Shown: positions 51,818-64,000 of the stretch, in pieces
Numbering within the stretch: position 1 is the stretch's first letter
How the letters are laid out: every line of letters begins with the position of its first letter
Assembly (NCBI GenBank): GCA_025201805.1
Contig: MU619251.1
Span: 186,001-250,000 of the forward strand
Reading direction: 5' to 3'
DNA: 64,000 nt
Source: Parasitella parasitica NRRL 2501
Taxonomy: Eukaryota > Fungi > Mucoromycota
Notes under the pieces: model-generated
Databases searched by the model: none
Seen by the model: only the letters and a program-made list of their open reading frames with translations
What the model was told of the DNA's origin: nothing
Position numbers and translations under genes: made by a program

Positions 51818-52910
51818 CTACAACTTTATTACTAAATTTCTTTTTTTTTCTTTGCAATCACTAAAGAATTGAATACTGTGATCAACCCATTCCTCGCAGT
51901 TTTCTTGAGAGATCTCATGGATACTCTGTCTAATGTGCTCGATTAATTTTTTTGAGCCTCTCAAATTAGGCTTTCTTTTGACCAAGGCTTTCAACTTGGA
52001 GAAACATTCCTCAATAGGGTTAAGGAAAGGCGAGAACGGGGGCAACAAGCATATTTGATGAACTGAGTTTCGAAAGAGCTCTTTGACAGCAGGTGATTTG
52101 CGAATCGAAGCATTATCCATAACAAAAAAATGAGGACCAGCATTGGTATCATCCAGCTTCTTTATAACCCCACTGACAAAATCTTCAAATATTTTACCAG
52201 TTGCACCTCCTCCTTGGATAATTTTTACCGAACATCTTCAACTCCATGAGAGGAGATAGCTGCAAGAATGGACATGTTTACAGCTCGCTTTGTAGCATTG
52301 ACTACTACGCTTGTAGAGTCTTTCTTTGAATAGCCTTGTCCACGAACAAGATTAGCGTTGAAGCCAGCCTCATCAACAAAGATACAGTTGTTTTTGTACG
52401 CAATGCCTCTTTCTGGTAATCTTTGGACCACATACTCATATCTTTGTTTAATAGCTTCAGGCGTATTACGTTTCTCTTCTACTGCTTTTGTTCGTTTTAA
52501 AGTGAACTCAACAAACTCTGTCATGTATCGCCACAATCCGCTTGTGGAGATGCTCCTGTCAGCAAGGTCTGGGAATTTAGCCTCCAATTCTTCTTTAATC
52601 ATACCCAAAGTTCTGGTGCAATCTTCATCCAAAAGTCTCTGATGTAATCTCCATGTGCATCCTCAAACTTTAGAGCTTCCTTTCTTCTACCTCCTCTTTT
52701 CCTCTTTTCTATACGGCCTTCGGTGTACCAGGCATCCAGAATATTTCTGACAGTTGATGGGTGTTGCCCATATTTTCGAGCAGCTTCTGACTGAGTAATA
52801 GCTCCTTCCATGGCAACCTGCTCAATAATAAGCTTTCTAACGTCAATCGGGATATCTCTGTAGGATCTTTTCTCAGTTTTGTTGCTTTCATTTGCTAAAA
52901 TACGAGGCAT
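51818..52910 (-). mobile_element. Tc1/IS630-superfamily DD34E transposase pseudogene (2 frameshifts)
   Basis: HTH AARKYGQHPSTVRNIL, KRGGRR, IFVDEAGFN, MDNASI and LPPFSPFLNPIEECFSKLK, with 34 residues between the second D and E. Frameshifts near 52635 and 52230. Confidence 0.92.
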
Positions 52911-54387
52911 CTTTAAAAGTGTGATTGAGAGATGATGCGAAATGTATGATAATACCTTAGAATAAAGGAAACTACTTTTTGGATTACATAGGCACGGTAT
53001 TTACGATAATGACTCAATAATTACGATCAGTACAGTCTATGTATAATGCTGCGTGTTTAGTGCCAAATTGACTAGCGGCTTTTGCGAATTTCAATTTTTT
53101 TTTTCGTCAATCTGAATTCATAATGGATCATTGGGGGGAAAGAGCAAGTGGGACATACGTTTATTTGTAGTGTATGATGTAATTATTCAAACAGCGACCT
53201 TGCTCCGTCCGTTCGATGATCCAGTATACAAACAAGAGTGGCAGCTCTAAAGGCACGTTACTAAACATTATGAATAGGATGGGTCTACATGTTGCAAAGT
53301 ATCCGCATATTATTGCGCACGTATAGACAACAAGAAGGCTTTTGCACATGAACACTGAGCCACTTAATAATAATAATGTGCAGTTTACATACCTAACGAT
53401 GGCTTGGGCACGTGTGTTGCCTTGATTTGTGTGCAAATGGATAATTTGTATATTCTTGGGACAAGCAGCGTGGTCTTTTCATCACATTTTGCTGCTCATT
53501 TGACATAATACTTGGGACAGCGAATGAGTATATATAAACAAACAAAAAGTAAATAACATTTGTGTCATATGCATAAAACACTGAAGTTTCACATGCATTT
53601 TATACAACAACAAATACCTCATCGTCCGTGTCATTAGGCTTCATTTAAGCTGAAAACAGCAATTTTCTTTTTAACGAGTTAGATTCTATAGGCACCCAAG
53701 GACGGGTTCTCACATTTTTGTTTGAAAATCAAGGTTACGGATGTACCGTATATCCGATTCTTGAACGATACCGTTTACTCCTTAAATTGCTCTGTTTTAT
53801 GCCATTATACTGTTGCAAGGTTGGTGAGTGTACACGGTTGCGATGCTGTCTTTTGTTGTTATATTTTAAACCATCATGGCCTCCGTGAAAAAAAAAAAAA
53901 AAGCTCAAAAAATACAACTGCTTTTGACCATGCTAATTCTGTGCTACAAATGCTTGAACTCGACTCCGCCTACGTTCTTGATTTGATCCATAGCCTGGGC
54001 TTTTAGATGGAGCAGCCACGATAAGGCTTCAGTAATGTTACCCTGCAGCATGTATAAATGTGCAATCAGGCCTACGTAGAAGCATCCATCTGGCTTTATT
54101 GCAAGCAACTTTTGTTCGTGATGAAACCGACAATGAGTTGAACTATGATAATACTAATGGAACGTCAATCGTCCATGTGTCACTTGAAAAAAACCTGTAG
54201 CCTTAAAGTATCACATCATTATGCATAAAAATATAGCTTATTTTACTCTATACTATAAATATAGCTATTTGTTATTTCGATAGTGTGATATATCAAGGTC
54301 ATTTATGTTATTGCACGCAAACAATTGTCATGAGTCATTTTCAAATACAAATTTTTATTTATTTATTATTTACAATTTATAAAACTC

Positions 54388-54834
54388 TCAAGCACGCTGC
54401 TCATAGCCAACCGGAAATATATCCTTGCTTAGTTCATTTCGATCATGGTTAAAGTATCTGTCTTCATGCTGGAAAAAGTAATTGTAAATTGTGCTTCCGA
54501 ATCCATTGTTGTTTTGGGCGGGCTTCTGTTCCAAGTACACAACAGGCCTAAAGTCAGGCGATCCTTGATGAAATGTCTTCTTTTGGACGCTGCGACTAGT
54601 GACAATATCAATTGTAGGCGAATTGGTTATTTGTATCTTGTTGGTGTTGTCGCTGTGCTTGTTTTTATGGAGTAATCGTTTGAAATCACTGCCTTCGCTG
54701 TCACCGAATTTGAGTGGCTCTGTGTTGTTTGCAGTAGGAGATTTCCTGCCTTTGTTCAGTAGTTCTTGAAACAAGCCAGAAATCGAGCATTCAGACACAT
54801 TGTTGAACATGTCTAGTGGGTTATTGGATGTCAT
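54388..54834 (-). CDS. Small hypothetical protein (~148 aa)
   Basis: ATG at 54834 after a pyrimidine-rich leader. Single ORF with protein-like composition, divergent from REI1. Confidence 0.55.
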   Translation of the reverse strand: MTSNNPLDMFNNVSECSISGLFQELLNKGRKSPTANNTEPLKFGDSEGSDFKRLLHKNKHSDNTNKIQITNSPTIDIVTSRSVQKKTFHQGSPDFRPVVYLEQKPAQNNNGFGSTIYNYFFQHEDRYFNHDRNELSKDIFPVGYEQRA

Positions 54835-55034
54835 TTTTATGAGAGAAAGATAAAGAAATGAAAAGGGATGAGAAATGAAATGCATAAACATTTTTATATT
54901 GCAGTTTGATGTGACCTTTGATTGATACTCAGTCATGAGTGGACACTGATGAAAAAAAGGACTATAGCACCACACCTAGTGGATTCTTTGCTTTTTCTTC
55001 TTTTTCCAACAATCAATTATATTTATAGCAGACA

Positions 55035-56444
55035 ATGGCCAATTTGCAAGCAGAGCATATACATCATGCTCACCATTCAAACCCGTTGAAACCCCGTAAC
55101 CAGCTCTTTACATGTCTGGCTTGCCAGGTCGCCTTTCCTACTACCGAGCGTCAAAGAGCCCATTATCGCACAGAGTATGTATATAATTTCTGCGTTATCG
55201 AGATTGCTGCGGCTAAACGCATTTTTATTTGCCTTTCTAGCTGGCACAAGTATAATCTCAAGAGGAAGATTGCTCAACTTCCATCAATCAATGCCGAACA
55301 ATTTGCTCAAAAGGTCTTGGGTAAGGAACGCAAAGGAGTAGTTGTGCAATAGTCTGATATTCTCATTGTCAAACAGCCCAGCAGATGAAGGGTAAGGAGG
55401 AGGAGGAGAGGCAAGGTCTTGTCTATGAATGCGTCATTTGCAAGTATGTTACATGCGAGACATGAATTTCGGAATTTGGGTTTTGATAAGAGTTCATTGT
55501 GCTAGGAAATCGTATTACTCTGAAAACGCATTTTCAAACCATCTTTTATCCAAAAAGCACAAGGACCTCGAGGTCTACGCACAACGGGAGTCTCTGCCCT
55601 CGCCCGTTGTTGCTAGCAAGAAGGACGCTCGGATTTTCTCAGACACCGAAGAAGACACAGATGCAGATTCTGTCGTCTCTTTACTTGCTGATGTCGGCTT
55701 AAGTCAGGATCGTTGCTTGTTCTGCAACATGGCTAATGGGGATTTCGACACTAATCTCAACCACATGAGTCTGGTTCATGGTTTCTTCCTACCCGATATA
55801 GAATACTTGGAAGACCCTGCTGGCTTGATTGTTTACTTGGCTGAAAAAGTAGAGGATTGCATTTGCCTCTATTGTAATGGACGTGGAAAGGAATACAAAT
55901 CCCAAGACGCAGTTCGCAAACATATGGTATATAGTGTTTTTCTGTGAGTGCTCAAGGAGGGATTAACATGTGCGTTGTTTAGCTTGCCAAGGGCCACTGT
56001 AAGATGGCATATGATGAATCAGAAAACCCAGAAGATCTACTAAAATTCTATAATTTCGGCTCAATGTCAGAAGAGGATTTTGAAGCAGCAACTGTGGATA
56101 CGATGTCTAATCAGGAGGATGAATTGGTTCTGGAATCCGGAGAAAGATTAGGGCATCGTCGGTTCATGAGATATTACAGGCAAAATCTGAGACGTTCGTC
56201 GCAGGAGGAGGACATTGTCGACCCACTATCAATTACAGAAGGGGAAGCTGGCGTCGCCGTCGAGCCACGCAATAGAAAGGAACGCCGCAGCAAATTTGCC
56301 ATCACAGACGGATCGCAGTATCAGAGAGCAGACTTGTTGCGCAGATTGCCTGAAGTGGTGCAAAAGCAGCACTATCAAAGACAGGCTTCCAAAAGAGACA
56401 ATCTTGTTGCAACTAGCAGACTTCGTATCCAAAACCCAATTTAG
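55035..56444 (+). CDS. REI1: Cytoplasmic 60S biogenesis factor Rei1/ZNF622, multi-exon
   Basis: FTCLACQVAF..QRAHYRTDWHKYNLKRKIAQLP, NHLLSKKH, CLFC..HM..HGFFLPD, CLYC..HM..KGHCK and LGHRRFMRYYRQ. Confidence 0.93.
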
Positions 56445-56733
56445 CGGCTGCGCTATTGTACCATTGTTGCAGAGGCGGATATTGGGATTTCTGCCCAGCC
56501 TATAATTCGCTTTTTAATATAAATTTTTACTGATGGGTGCGTTGGAATAAAATCTACACGAGTGCAGTCAACAGGCAAAATAGCGTCATTTGGCAACATT
56601 TGTTTTCAGGATCATCTGTGCTTTTCAAGGAACGCGCACCATGCTTTCAAGTCAAGAGACGTGTTTTTTAATCGACCGTTCTTTTCTTCTTGTATTTTTT
56701 TTTTTTTGCTTTGCTTTGCTTTGCTTTGCGAAA

Positions 56734-57161
56734 ATGAGGGATCAATTTGTCTTGACCGAAGAAGTGTCGAACATACAGCAAAGCGATTTAAGCAGCTACT
56801 ACATCCCTAATGAAATTGAAATAAGAGGAAAAAGTGACCAGGACTTGGCTAGATATCTTAATGGTAAGAAGGAAAGAAAAGCAACCAGGGCAATGCCGTC
56901 CAAACGTACTAAGAAATGTCGTATATTACAAACAGAAATAACTGATAGCATCCAAGTGTCCTCAGAAAACATATCCGATCCGTTCATATTTGACAAAATA
57001 CGCAGTTTTCTCAAGCAAGTATCTACATTTGTACTGCCAAAGACATCTGCCAACAACCCTCGTGCATTAGATCATTTTCCAGTCTTCAGCCTCGTATTCT
57101 TTCTCGTTTATTTGACATTTTGCTAGCAGGTGAGAACTCATGCTCACCAATTCACGTTGCA

Positions 57162-57218
<57 letters not shown>

Positions 57219-60200
57219 CGAGTCGAAATCAAATCAGCATCTGACGATCTGGACAACAACGAAATGGAAGCGTTCAACGTCCACCGTCTTCATTTAGAGT
57301 TGTATGGGTTTCTAGTGCATTGGTTCTTGCTGTTGGCAGACGAAAACACTACGTCGTCCTCGATGGTGCGTAAAGCAAAGTCAACCTCATCTGCAGCTGG
57401 GAACACCCTAAAGACCTTTGACTGGAGTTCGCAAAAATTGAAGGCCTTTGACTTGGCCAGCTGGCTACTTGGCTTGAAACTGACAAAATTGTGGACATTG
57501 CCGCCCGAGAGAGTAGCTTTTGTCACTTTGTTCACCAAACCAGCGTACCAGCTGTTTGAAAATCCTGCACATGCAAAGTCAAATCCCATCAAGGAACGTA
57601 TTTTCCGCATCCTCAGCCTCTGCGTCAAGCATTTCGACCATTTGCCAGGTATACTTGTCCCAGATGCTACGTGCCCGTAAATTAATTAACACAGTGCAAC
57701 AGCTGCACAGACTACAATCATGCAAAATCTCCAGTACTGGGAACATTCTGCCGAGCCCATGGCTGAACTGTTGGTCTATATGATCCAAAAAGAAAATTAC
57801 ACACAGCTGGCTGATGAAATTTTGCGTGAAATCAGCAACAAAGAATTCAAAGACGTTACAAGCAAAGAGCTCAAAGACTCGCCTAATCCAAAAACATTTG
57901 CCACCTTTTTACAGACGCTTGCAGAGCTATCAAAAAAGACAATTCTAAAGAACCTGACAGTGTTGATTAACCTTTTGGATAGCGATGTAAGGATGCATCT
58001 CCATTCATAAATGGCACAAAAAAAATTACTAATCTGATTTGTATCAGTCGTATATCATGAGAGTAGCGCTCATTGATATATTGGGGTTATTGATTACAGA
58101 ACTGCTGCGAACTATCGATGAAAACCCAAACCACATTGAGCAGATTAATGGATTTTTTGATTTGCTCGAAGAACGCATGCTGGATCCCATCTCTTATTGT
58201 AGACAAAAAGTACTGCAGGTCTATCTTCGTTTATTTGAGCAAGTCATTTTCCGTGCAGGAGGCTATCTTTTCTTGACTAACACTTTTCGATAGATTAAAA
58301 GCAAAGTTCCCCAAGAGAAGACATGCTGCAACTATATTTTGCGTTCGGCATTTACAGGACAAGAGCAGCATAGTGAGGAAATATGCTATCCGTGTAATGA
58401 CATCCTTGATCACTACTCATCCCTATAGTATGTATGGTGGCGAACTTGACTTGGAGGACTGGCAAGTCAAACTGGACAAGATTGAGGAAGAGATAAAGGT
58501 AGAATGCCATGGCGCGTAACGCACATATCATTCTAAATACTCTTTTTGTAGAATGTAGCGACAGAGGATGATGTGCGTGAGACATTAGCAGCTCAAGCAG
58601 CCCAAGCAATTGAAACAGAAGCGCTTCAGCCAGAGAGCAAAGAAACACCTACAGATCTTTCTGTAGGCGGTATCGACAAAGATGTTGACATGGAGGAAGT
58701 GACAGATAATGATGACGATAATAAAGAGAATAGCCCCCAAGGGTCTACAGATGGACAAGACGACTTGCCAACACCAATGACCCCTGAACCTCAGCCTCAA
58801 CAGCAATCTCAACAAGAAAAAATTCCAGCGCCCAAAACAATTGTAACCGCAGAGAAACTGCAGCAACTCAAGCTAATGCGCCAATACCATATAGACTCGG
58901 TTCAATTCATCCAAGTCATCCATGACGCCATTCCAACCATTACTCAGTTATTGTCTTCCAAATCCAAGGCCGAAGTATTGGAATCGATGGATTTTCTTGT
59001 TGTTGGTTACAATTACAAGATAAAGCCTGCAGCCGACGGTGTCAAAAAGATGCTGCATTTGATCTGGACCAAAGATACCAGTGATGAAGGCAAAGGTATC
59101 AAAATGAAGCTGATCAAATGCTACGAAAATCTGTACCTTGAACGAGACGCCAAACTTTCCAGACAAGGCAACGTCAATCGCATTGCTAAAAACTTGATTC
59201 AGTTGACTTACGACACCACTCTAGCTGAATTGACATCCTTGGAGCAGTTGCTTGGGTTACTAATGGCAGAGAGCAAGATTGCTGTAGACGTTATCCAAAA
59301 GCTATGGTCTGTGTATGGGTTTACGCAAGGCCGCATTCAGAAATCGCAACGTCGTGGTGCTATTGTCATTTTGAGCATGCTTGCCAAAACCAAAACCAAG
59401 GTGGTCTCTGATAAAATCGATTTGATGCTCAAGATTGGGCTTGGGCCTTTGGGTAAAGAGGACATGGATTTGGCTAGATACACGTGCATTGCGTTACAGC
59501 GGTTGGAAGGCACCAAATCCAAGGAAAAGAGTCGTGGTGTACATGAAGGCGTTCGGTTTCCCAATAACCATCCCATGTTTGCTAGATTGAGGGACGTGAT
59601 AGAGAGCCCTACAGAGAGTCAGCTTTGGTTTAGTCTAGCTGAACAGGCCGTCAATACCATCTTTTTGTTGTGTAAAAATCCTGAAGCACTCTGCGAAGAA
59701 ATCATCCGTGACAAGACCATCAAGGTGTTTGGCGTCAAAGAAGCTACTACCTCATGGTCTCCTTCGCCATTGAATATGGATTCTTCGGTACCTCTGGAAT
59801 CTTCCTTGATGGAATACGACATGATTCAACAAGCCTTGCCCATCCCGCAGCACCCTATTTATCAAAATCCAATGGAGCTTTCGCAATTGTTTTTCTTGGT
59901 GGGACATGTTGCATTGAAGGAAATTGTACATTTAGAGATTGTCGAAGCTGCTTGGAAGCGTAAAAAGTCAGAAAAGGAAAAAGATGAGCAAAAGGGAGAC
60001 GGACAAACGGCCGTTGATGATGAATTGGAACAGGTAGGCGGCACAACTGAAGACGATATTGGCGAGGCCATGACTCGCATCAGAGAAAGAGAAATTCTAT
60101 TTGGACCCAACTCGTTACTTGGCATTTATGGCCCTGTATTGACGGAAGTTTGTGCTCGTAACAAGATTTACACGGTAATAGGCTACACAGTAATATGAAT

Positions 60201-61414
60201 TTAACAAACAAGACTAAAAAAAAACTACTTAGGATCGCACGCTTCAAGTAAATGCTACGCTTGCATTGACTAAATTTATGTGCGTCAGTTCCGATTTCTG
60301 CGAGAAGAAGCTTCAGTTACTGTTTACCATTCTTGAAAAATCCAAAGATGCCAGTATTCGTAGCAACATTGTGATTGCATTAGGTGACATGGCAGTCTGT
60401 TTCAGCACATTGATTGACGATAACATCACTTTTTTGTACAACCGATTATCAGATCCTGACACCATTGTACGTAAAAATGCGGTCATGGTCCTGACTCATT
60501 TGATCCTTAACGGCATGGTCAAAGTCAAGGGGCAAATCAGTGAAATGGCCAAATGCCTTGAAGATCAAGATCAACGCATCTCTGACCTGGCCAAACTCTT
60601 TTTCACAGAATTAGCTTCCAAAGACAACGCCATTTACAACAATTTGCCCGATATTATCAGTTCTTTGACCAACAATCAACCTAACCGCTTGCAAGAAGAA
60701 TCCTTCCGAAAGATTATGAAATTTATCTTTGGCTTTGATTTCACAGAAAAGGAAAAACAGGCGGAGAATATCGTGGATAAACTGTGCCAGCGGTTCTTGA
60801 CTGCAGAGGATGAGAGGAGTTGGCGTGATATTGCTTATTGTATGTCTTTGTTGCATTTCAAGTCGGAAAGGCCTTTTAAAAAGTTGCTGGAGGGCTGGCC
60901 ATCGTACCAAGACAAGATCCATGAGGATTCGGTACACAAGAGCTTTTTGGAGATCATTCAAAAGGTATATCAGTATATACAGCTTTGAACACATTTCAGC
61001 CAGGCTCATTTTTCGGTTAATTTTAGGGTCGAACTCATCACAAGAATCAAAAACCCGAATTAAAAGCTTTAGTGGATGAATTTGAACAAAGAATCGTAAA
61101 ACAAAGAGGCCCTGAGCCTGACAAAACTGAAAAAGTGCCCAAGAAAGGTAAGGATGTCTTTGGATACCCATTGCATTCTATGTATTCAATCTCCTCTATT
61201 AGCTATGCGAGCTGTCAAGTCAAGAGAAAAGAAACAAAAGGCCAAAGAGTCGTCTACTGCTGCTGTCAACAAGAAACCTACCCGTAAAAAACAAAGAGTC
61301 ATCAGAGATATGGAAACTAGTGAGGAGGAGGAAGAAGAGGAAGAAGATTATATGGACATCCACAGTGACAATTCATTTGAAAATGAACAATCTGATGACA
61401 GTCTCTCTTCTTGA
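56734..61414 (+). CDS. YCS4: Condensin complex subunit 1 (Ycs4/Cnd1/NCAPD2), multi-exon
   Basis: HEAT-repeat protein with LQDKSSIVRKYA, GVKKMLHLIWTK, IRSNIVIALGDMAVCF, LTHLILNGMVKVKGQISEMAKCLED and KDNAIYNNLPDIIS. Confidence 0.95.
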
Positions 61415-61705
61415 ACAGTTCAGAACGAAAATCACCGTATTCAGCACGCATCTTGTATGAAATTGGGGAGCGGCTCGAATTATGCAGCGAGAGTAGATCT
61501 TTTATTTATACCCATATCCCCTCTACAATTCAGAATAAACATTTTTTTTTTTTGTTCCTGAAGCAATGGACCATCCAAGCATTAGCCATCTCACTCGAAA
61601 GCTTGGCTTACTAGGATTGTTGCATACTTGGACAACATTGTTTCCGTATTTATCTGATTATTTTGACGCAGGTTCGTACGTAAGAAAATAATCCCTTTGT
61701 AAGTT

Positions 61706-61707
<2 letters not shown>

Positions 61708-61741
<34 letters not shown>
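61708..61741. repeat. (TA)n microsatellite
   Basis: Direct reading of the sequence. Confidence 0.9.
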
Positions 61742-61743
<2 letters not shown>

Positions 61744-62572
61744 AAAGGATGTGGATATATAAAGTCAACTTGTGAGGTTAATAATCTCGGACGTAAAAAA
61801 CCCATTTATTTGTACAAACAGCAACGGATTAAGCAATCTTGCAGTGTATAATGCATCATATCGCACGATACCAAGTTCAATGATTGCTCTTCTTGCTTGC
61901 CCTGCATCTATAAATGAAAAATCTGCTCTGCCAGCCATATAACAGTTGTAGGGAAAGAAAACCAAGGTACTAGTCTCAGAATATTTGTTACGCACGTGTG
62001 AGATTTTCATGCATTAAGCGCTGTTTCATATAAAATGACAGGATCACCATCATTAACTTTCAGTTGAATGCATTCATTTCATGTAAAACAAAGGCAATAG
62101 AGTCTCGGGGAATATCGATCAAACACCTCAAGCCATATGGTTGCTTTTACCGATAAAAAAATTCCCGAATTAAGTCAAACATCTATTCAGTGATGCAAAG
62201 CCTATTGTTTGGCATGACGATTCCAGTCAAATTGTGCTGTAACCAGGCAACAGAGATGAATAATACCAATGTGAATTAGGAGCAATAATTATTTCTCGGG
62301 AACTATACCAACATATGGGAGGTAATCCGTATAGTATGCATTATAGCGGACAAACATAATTGTTCGTATCCGAAGGATGGTTTAGTGTATATTAGAAAAC
62401 AGTAAAAAGGTCTCGGGCAAATATAATTCAACGACCTGATTTGGCCCTTATCGAGATGCAAAACCTCAAAAGGCACCGTATCTTGTTTCCGTTTCTTCTT
62501 CCTCTCTCTCTCTTTCTCTCTCTCTCTCTTTCTCTATAGGTGTTTGCTTTTATTTTCGTTTTTCTCGCAAGT

Positions 62573-63900
62573 ATGTTTAACATGAGTTCTGCTGATTTAC
62601 AAAATCACAATGAAAAATTCAACCAAAACATATTGCCACCTTGCTCTTCTACTGCAACATCATCATCATTCATGAAAACACATCAGCATCAAAAAGACCA
62701 AGATTTATACAGCAGTCAGGACAACAAATCCGAGACATCTTTGAAAAACGGCAATGTCAAGTCTAAAATGTTCCAATGCACCGGCTATGGCGAATGCCGT
62801 ATGGTTTTTACCCGCAGCGAGCATTTGGCTCGCCACATGAGGTAAGTGGGTCTATTAAACACACACACATACACACACAGACATTTTATCATGTATTCAC
62901 TGATTTATACCATAGAAAGCATACTGGAGAAGTAAGTTAAGAGTCGTCCTTGCAGCTGTCCATATATACTAATTACCACATTATAATGTGCTTATAGAAG
63001 CCCTTTCAATGTGTGGTCCCTGGCTGCGAACGAATGTTTAGTAGATTTGACAATATGATGCAACATACACAGACACACAGCAAACCTCGCGGTCCAAGAC
63101 GTCCAAAGCCAAGCTCGACCAAGTCTAAACGGGGCGGTAAAAAAGCGGGCAGTAATTTATCTCGACGCACAGCCAGTTCATCGTCAAGTGACTATGATGA
63201 ATATGGTCCGTTCCCTTCACCCCCTCCTTCCCGAAGAGGATCGTCGAATAATATTGTAAAGGAACATCAAATTATCGTGCCTAATCCTAAATATCTCGAG
63301 GTAGACGAAGACATGGATGAGCTTATGAGCAGTGATGATGATTACGAGGAGTACGAATACGACTATAAATCAAATGCTGCTACCAAGCGAGCAATAGTAT
63401 CGACATCTCGCCTTCCTGACTCGCCAGCGTCTTCTGATTCATCGGCAAATAATAACAATAATAATGAGACGTTCCCTCGTCGCAGATCAGCACCCCAAGT
63501 GCGCTACCAGCCTTATCCTTACAATCAATCCGCAGAAAGCTATACTAAGCCAAGTCTCCCTCGTCGTAATTCTGCCTTGTCTGAATTGGCTACGTATCTC
63601 GTGGACCACCCAGACCAGTCTCCTGAAAGCTATCTTACTAATTTCCATGACAAACCCGCCCAGCAGAGCCAGCGTTTGCCACCCAGATTACCCACTCGAA
63701 GATTGTCTATTCAAGATCTGTCCAATCCGATCGAGAAGCTCGATAAAGCAAGCCAGCACATTCAAAAAGCAGAACAGCAGAAGCAGCAGCAGCAGCAGAA
63801 GCAGCAGCAGCAGGACGGAGTTGACCTGACAGAGGATGAATTTCAGGCGATTCAAGGGTTCGGTAAATTCTACAAGAGCGCCATTACATGTAATAAATAA
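62573..63900 (+). CDS. C2H2 zinc-finger transcription factor (Usv1/Nsf1/Rgm1-like); exons ..62841, 62916-62931, 62998..
   Basis: FQCTGYGECRMVFTRSEHLARHMR|KHTGE|KPFQCVVPGCERMFSRFDNMMQHTQTH assembled across two GT..AG introns. Confidence 0.9.
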
Positions 63901-64000
63901 GTTTTGTAATTTAAAAGTAATAAAATATCAAACCTGATCGTTGTTTGTTTGTGTTCACTGTTACATTTTTTTGTGGTCGCTTTGGTCTGTTCCCGAGATA

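Noticed and set aside
52599-52640. Programmed frameshift between HTH and DDE ORFs, as in bacterial IS630
   Set aside because: No convincing slippery site, and a second frameshift inside the DDE domain indicates simple decay.
57165-57218. 54-nt poly-T that would encode 18 Phe in frame within YCS4
   Set aside because: Most likely an inflated or collapsed intronic homopolymer hiding the true acceptor. Similar long A/T runs recur throughout this draft assembly.
1-64000. CRISPR arrays, rRNA or tRNA genes
   Set aside because: No regularly spaced direct repeats or recognisable RNA-gene signatures were seen by eye. tRNAscan-SE/Infernal would be needed to exclude them.

Overview
This is eukaryotic, AT-rich, intron-containing fungal DNA. 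The ~50-70 nt introns, gene content and repeat families point to Mucorales (Mucor-like); this is inference. It is a draft assembly with N gaps at 1767-2116, 15939-15948, 18414-19183 and 51312-51321, plus many long homopolymer runs. About 19 ordinary host genes are present: bHLH TF, DHA1 MFS transporter, Sec72-like TPR protein, MAPK phosphatase, gluconokinase, DNA polymerase kappa, COQ6, seipin, DUF2461 protein, XPB-like helicase, mitochondrial carrier, HECT E3 ligase, phosphofructokinase, 7TM-like protein, REI1, condensin YCS4, a C2H2 TF and several hypotheticals. The most notable structure is a ~7 kb composite mobile element (17629-24690) bounded by long imperfect terminal inverted repeats. 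It carries a decayed, C-terminally truncated Fanzor1/TnpB-like gene, an internally deleted Helitron with intact termini, and a spliced PD-(D/E)xK-like nuclease gene. A frameshifted DD34E Tc1/IS630 transposase (51818-52910) and smaller Tc1 relics also occur. No rRNA, tRNA or CRISPR array was recognised. Family calls come from motif recognition by eye; no database searches were run.
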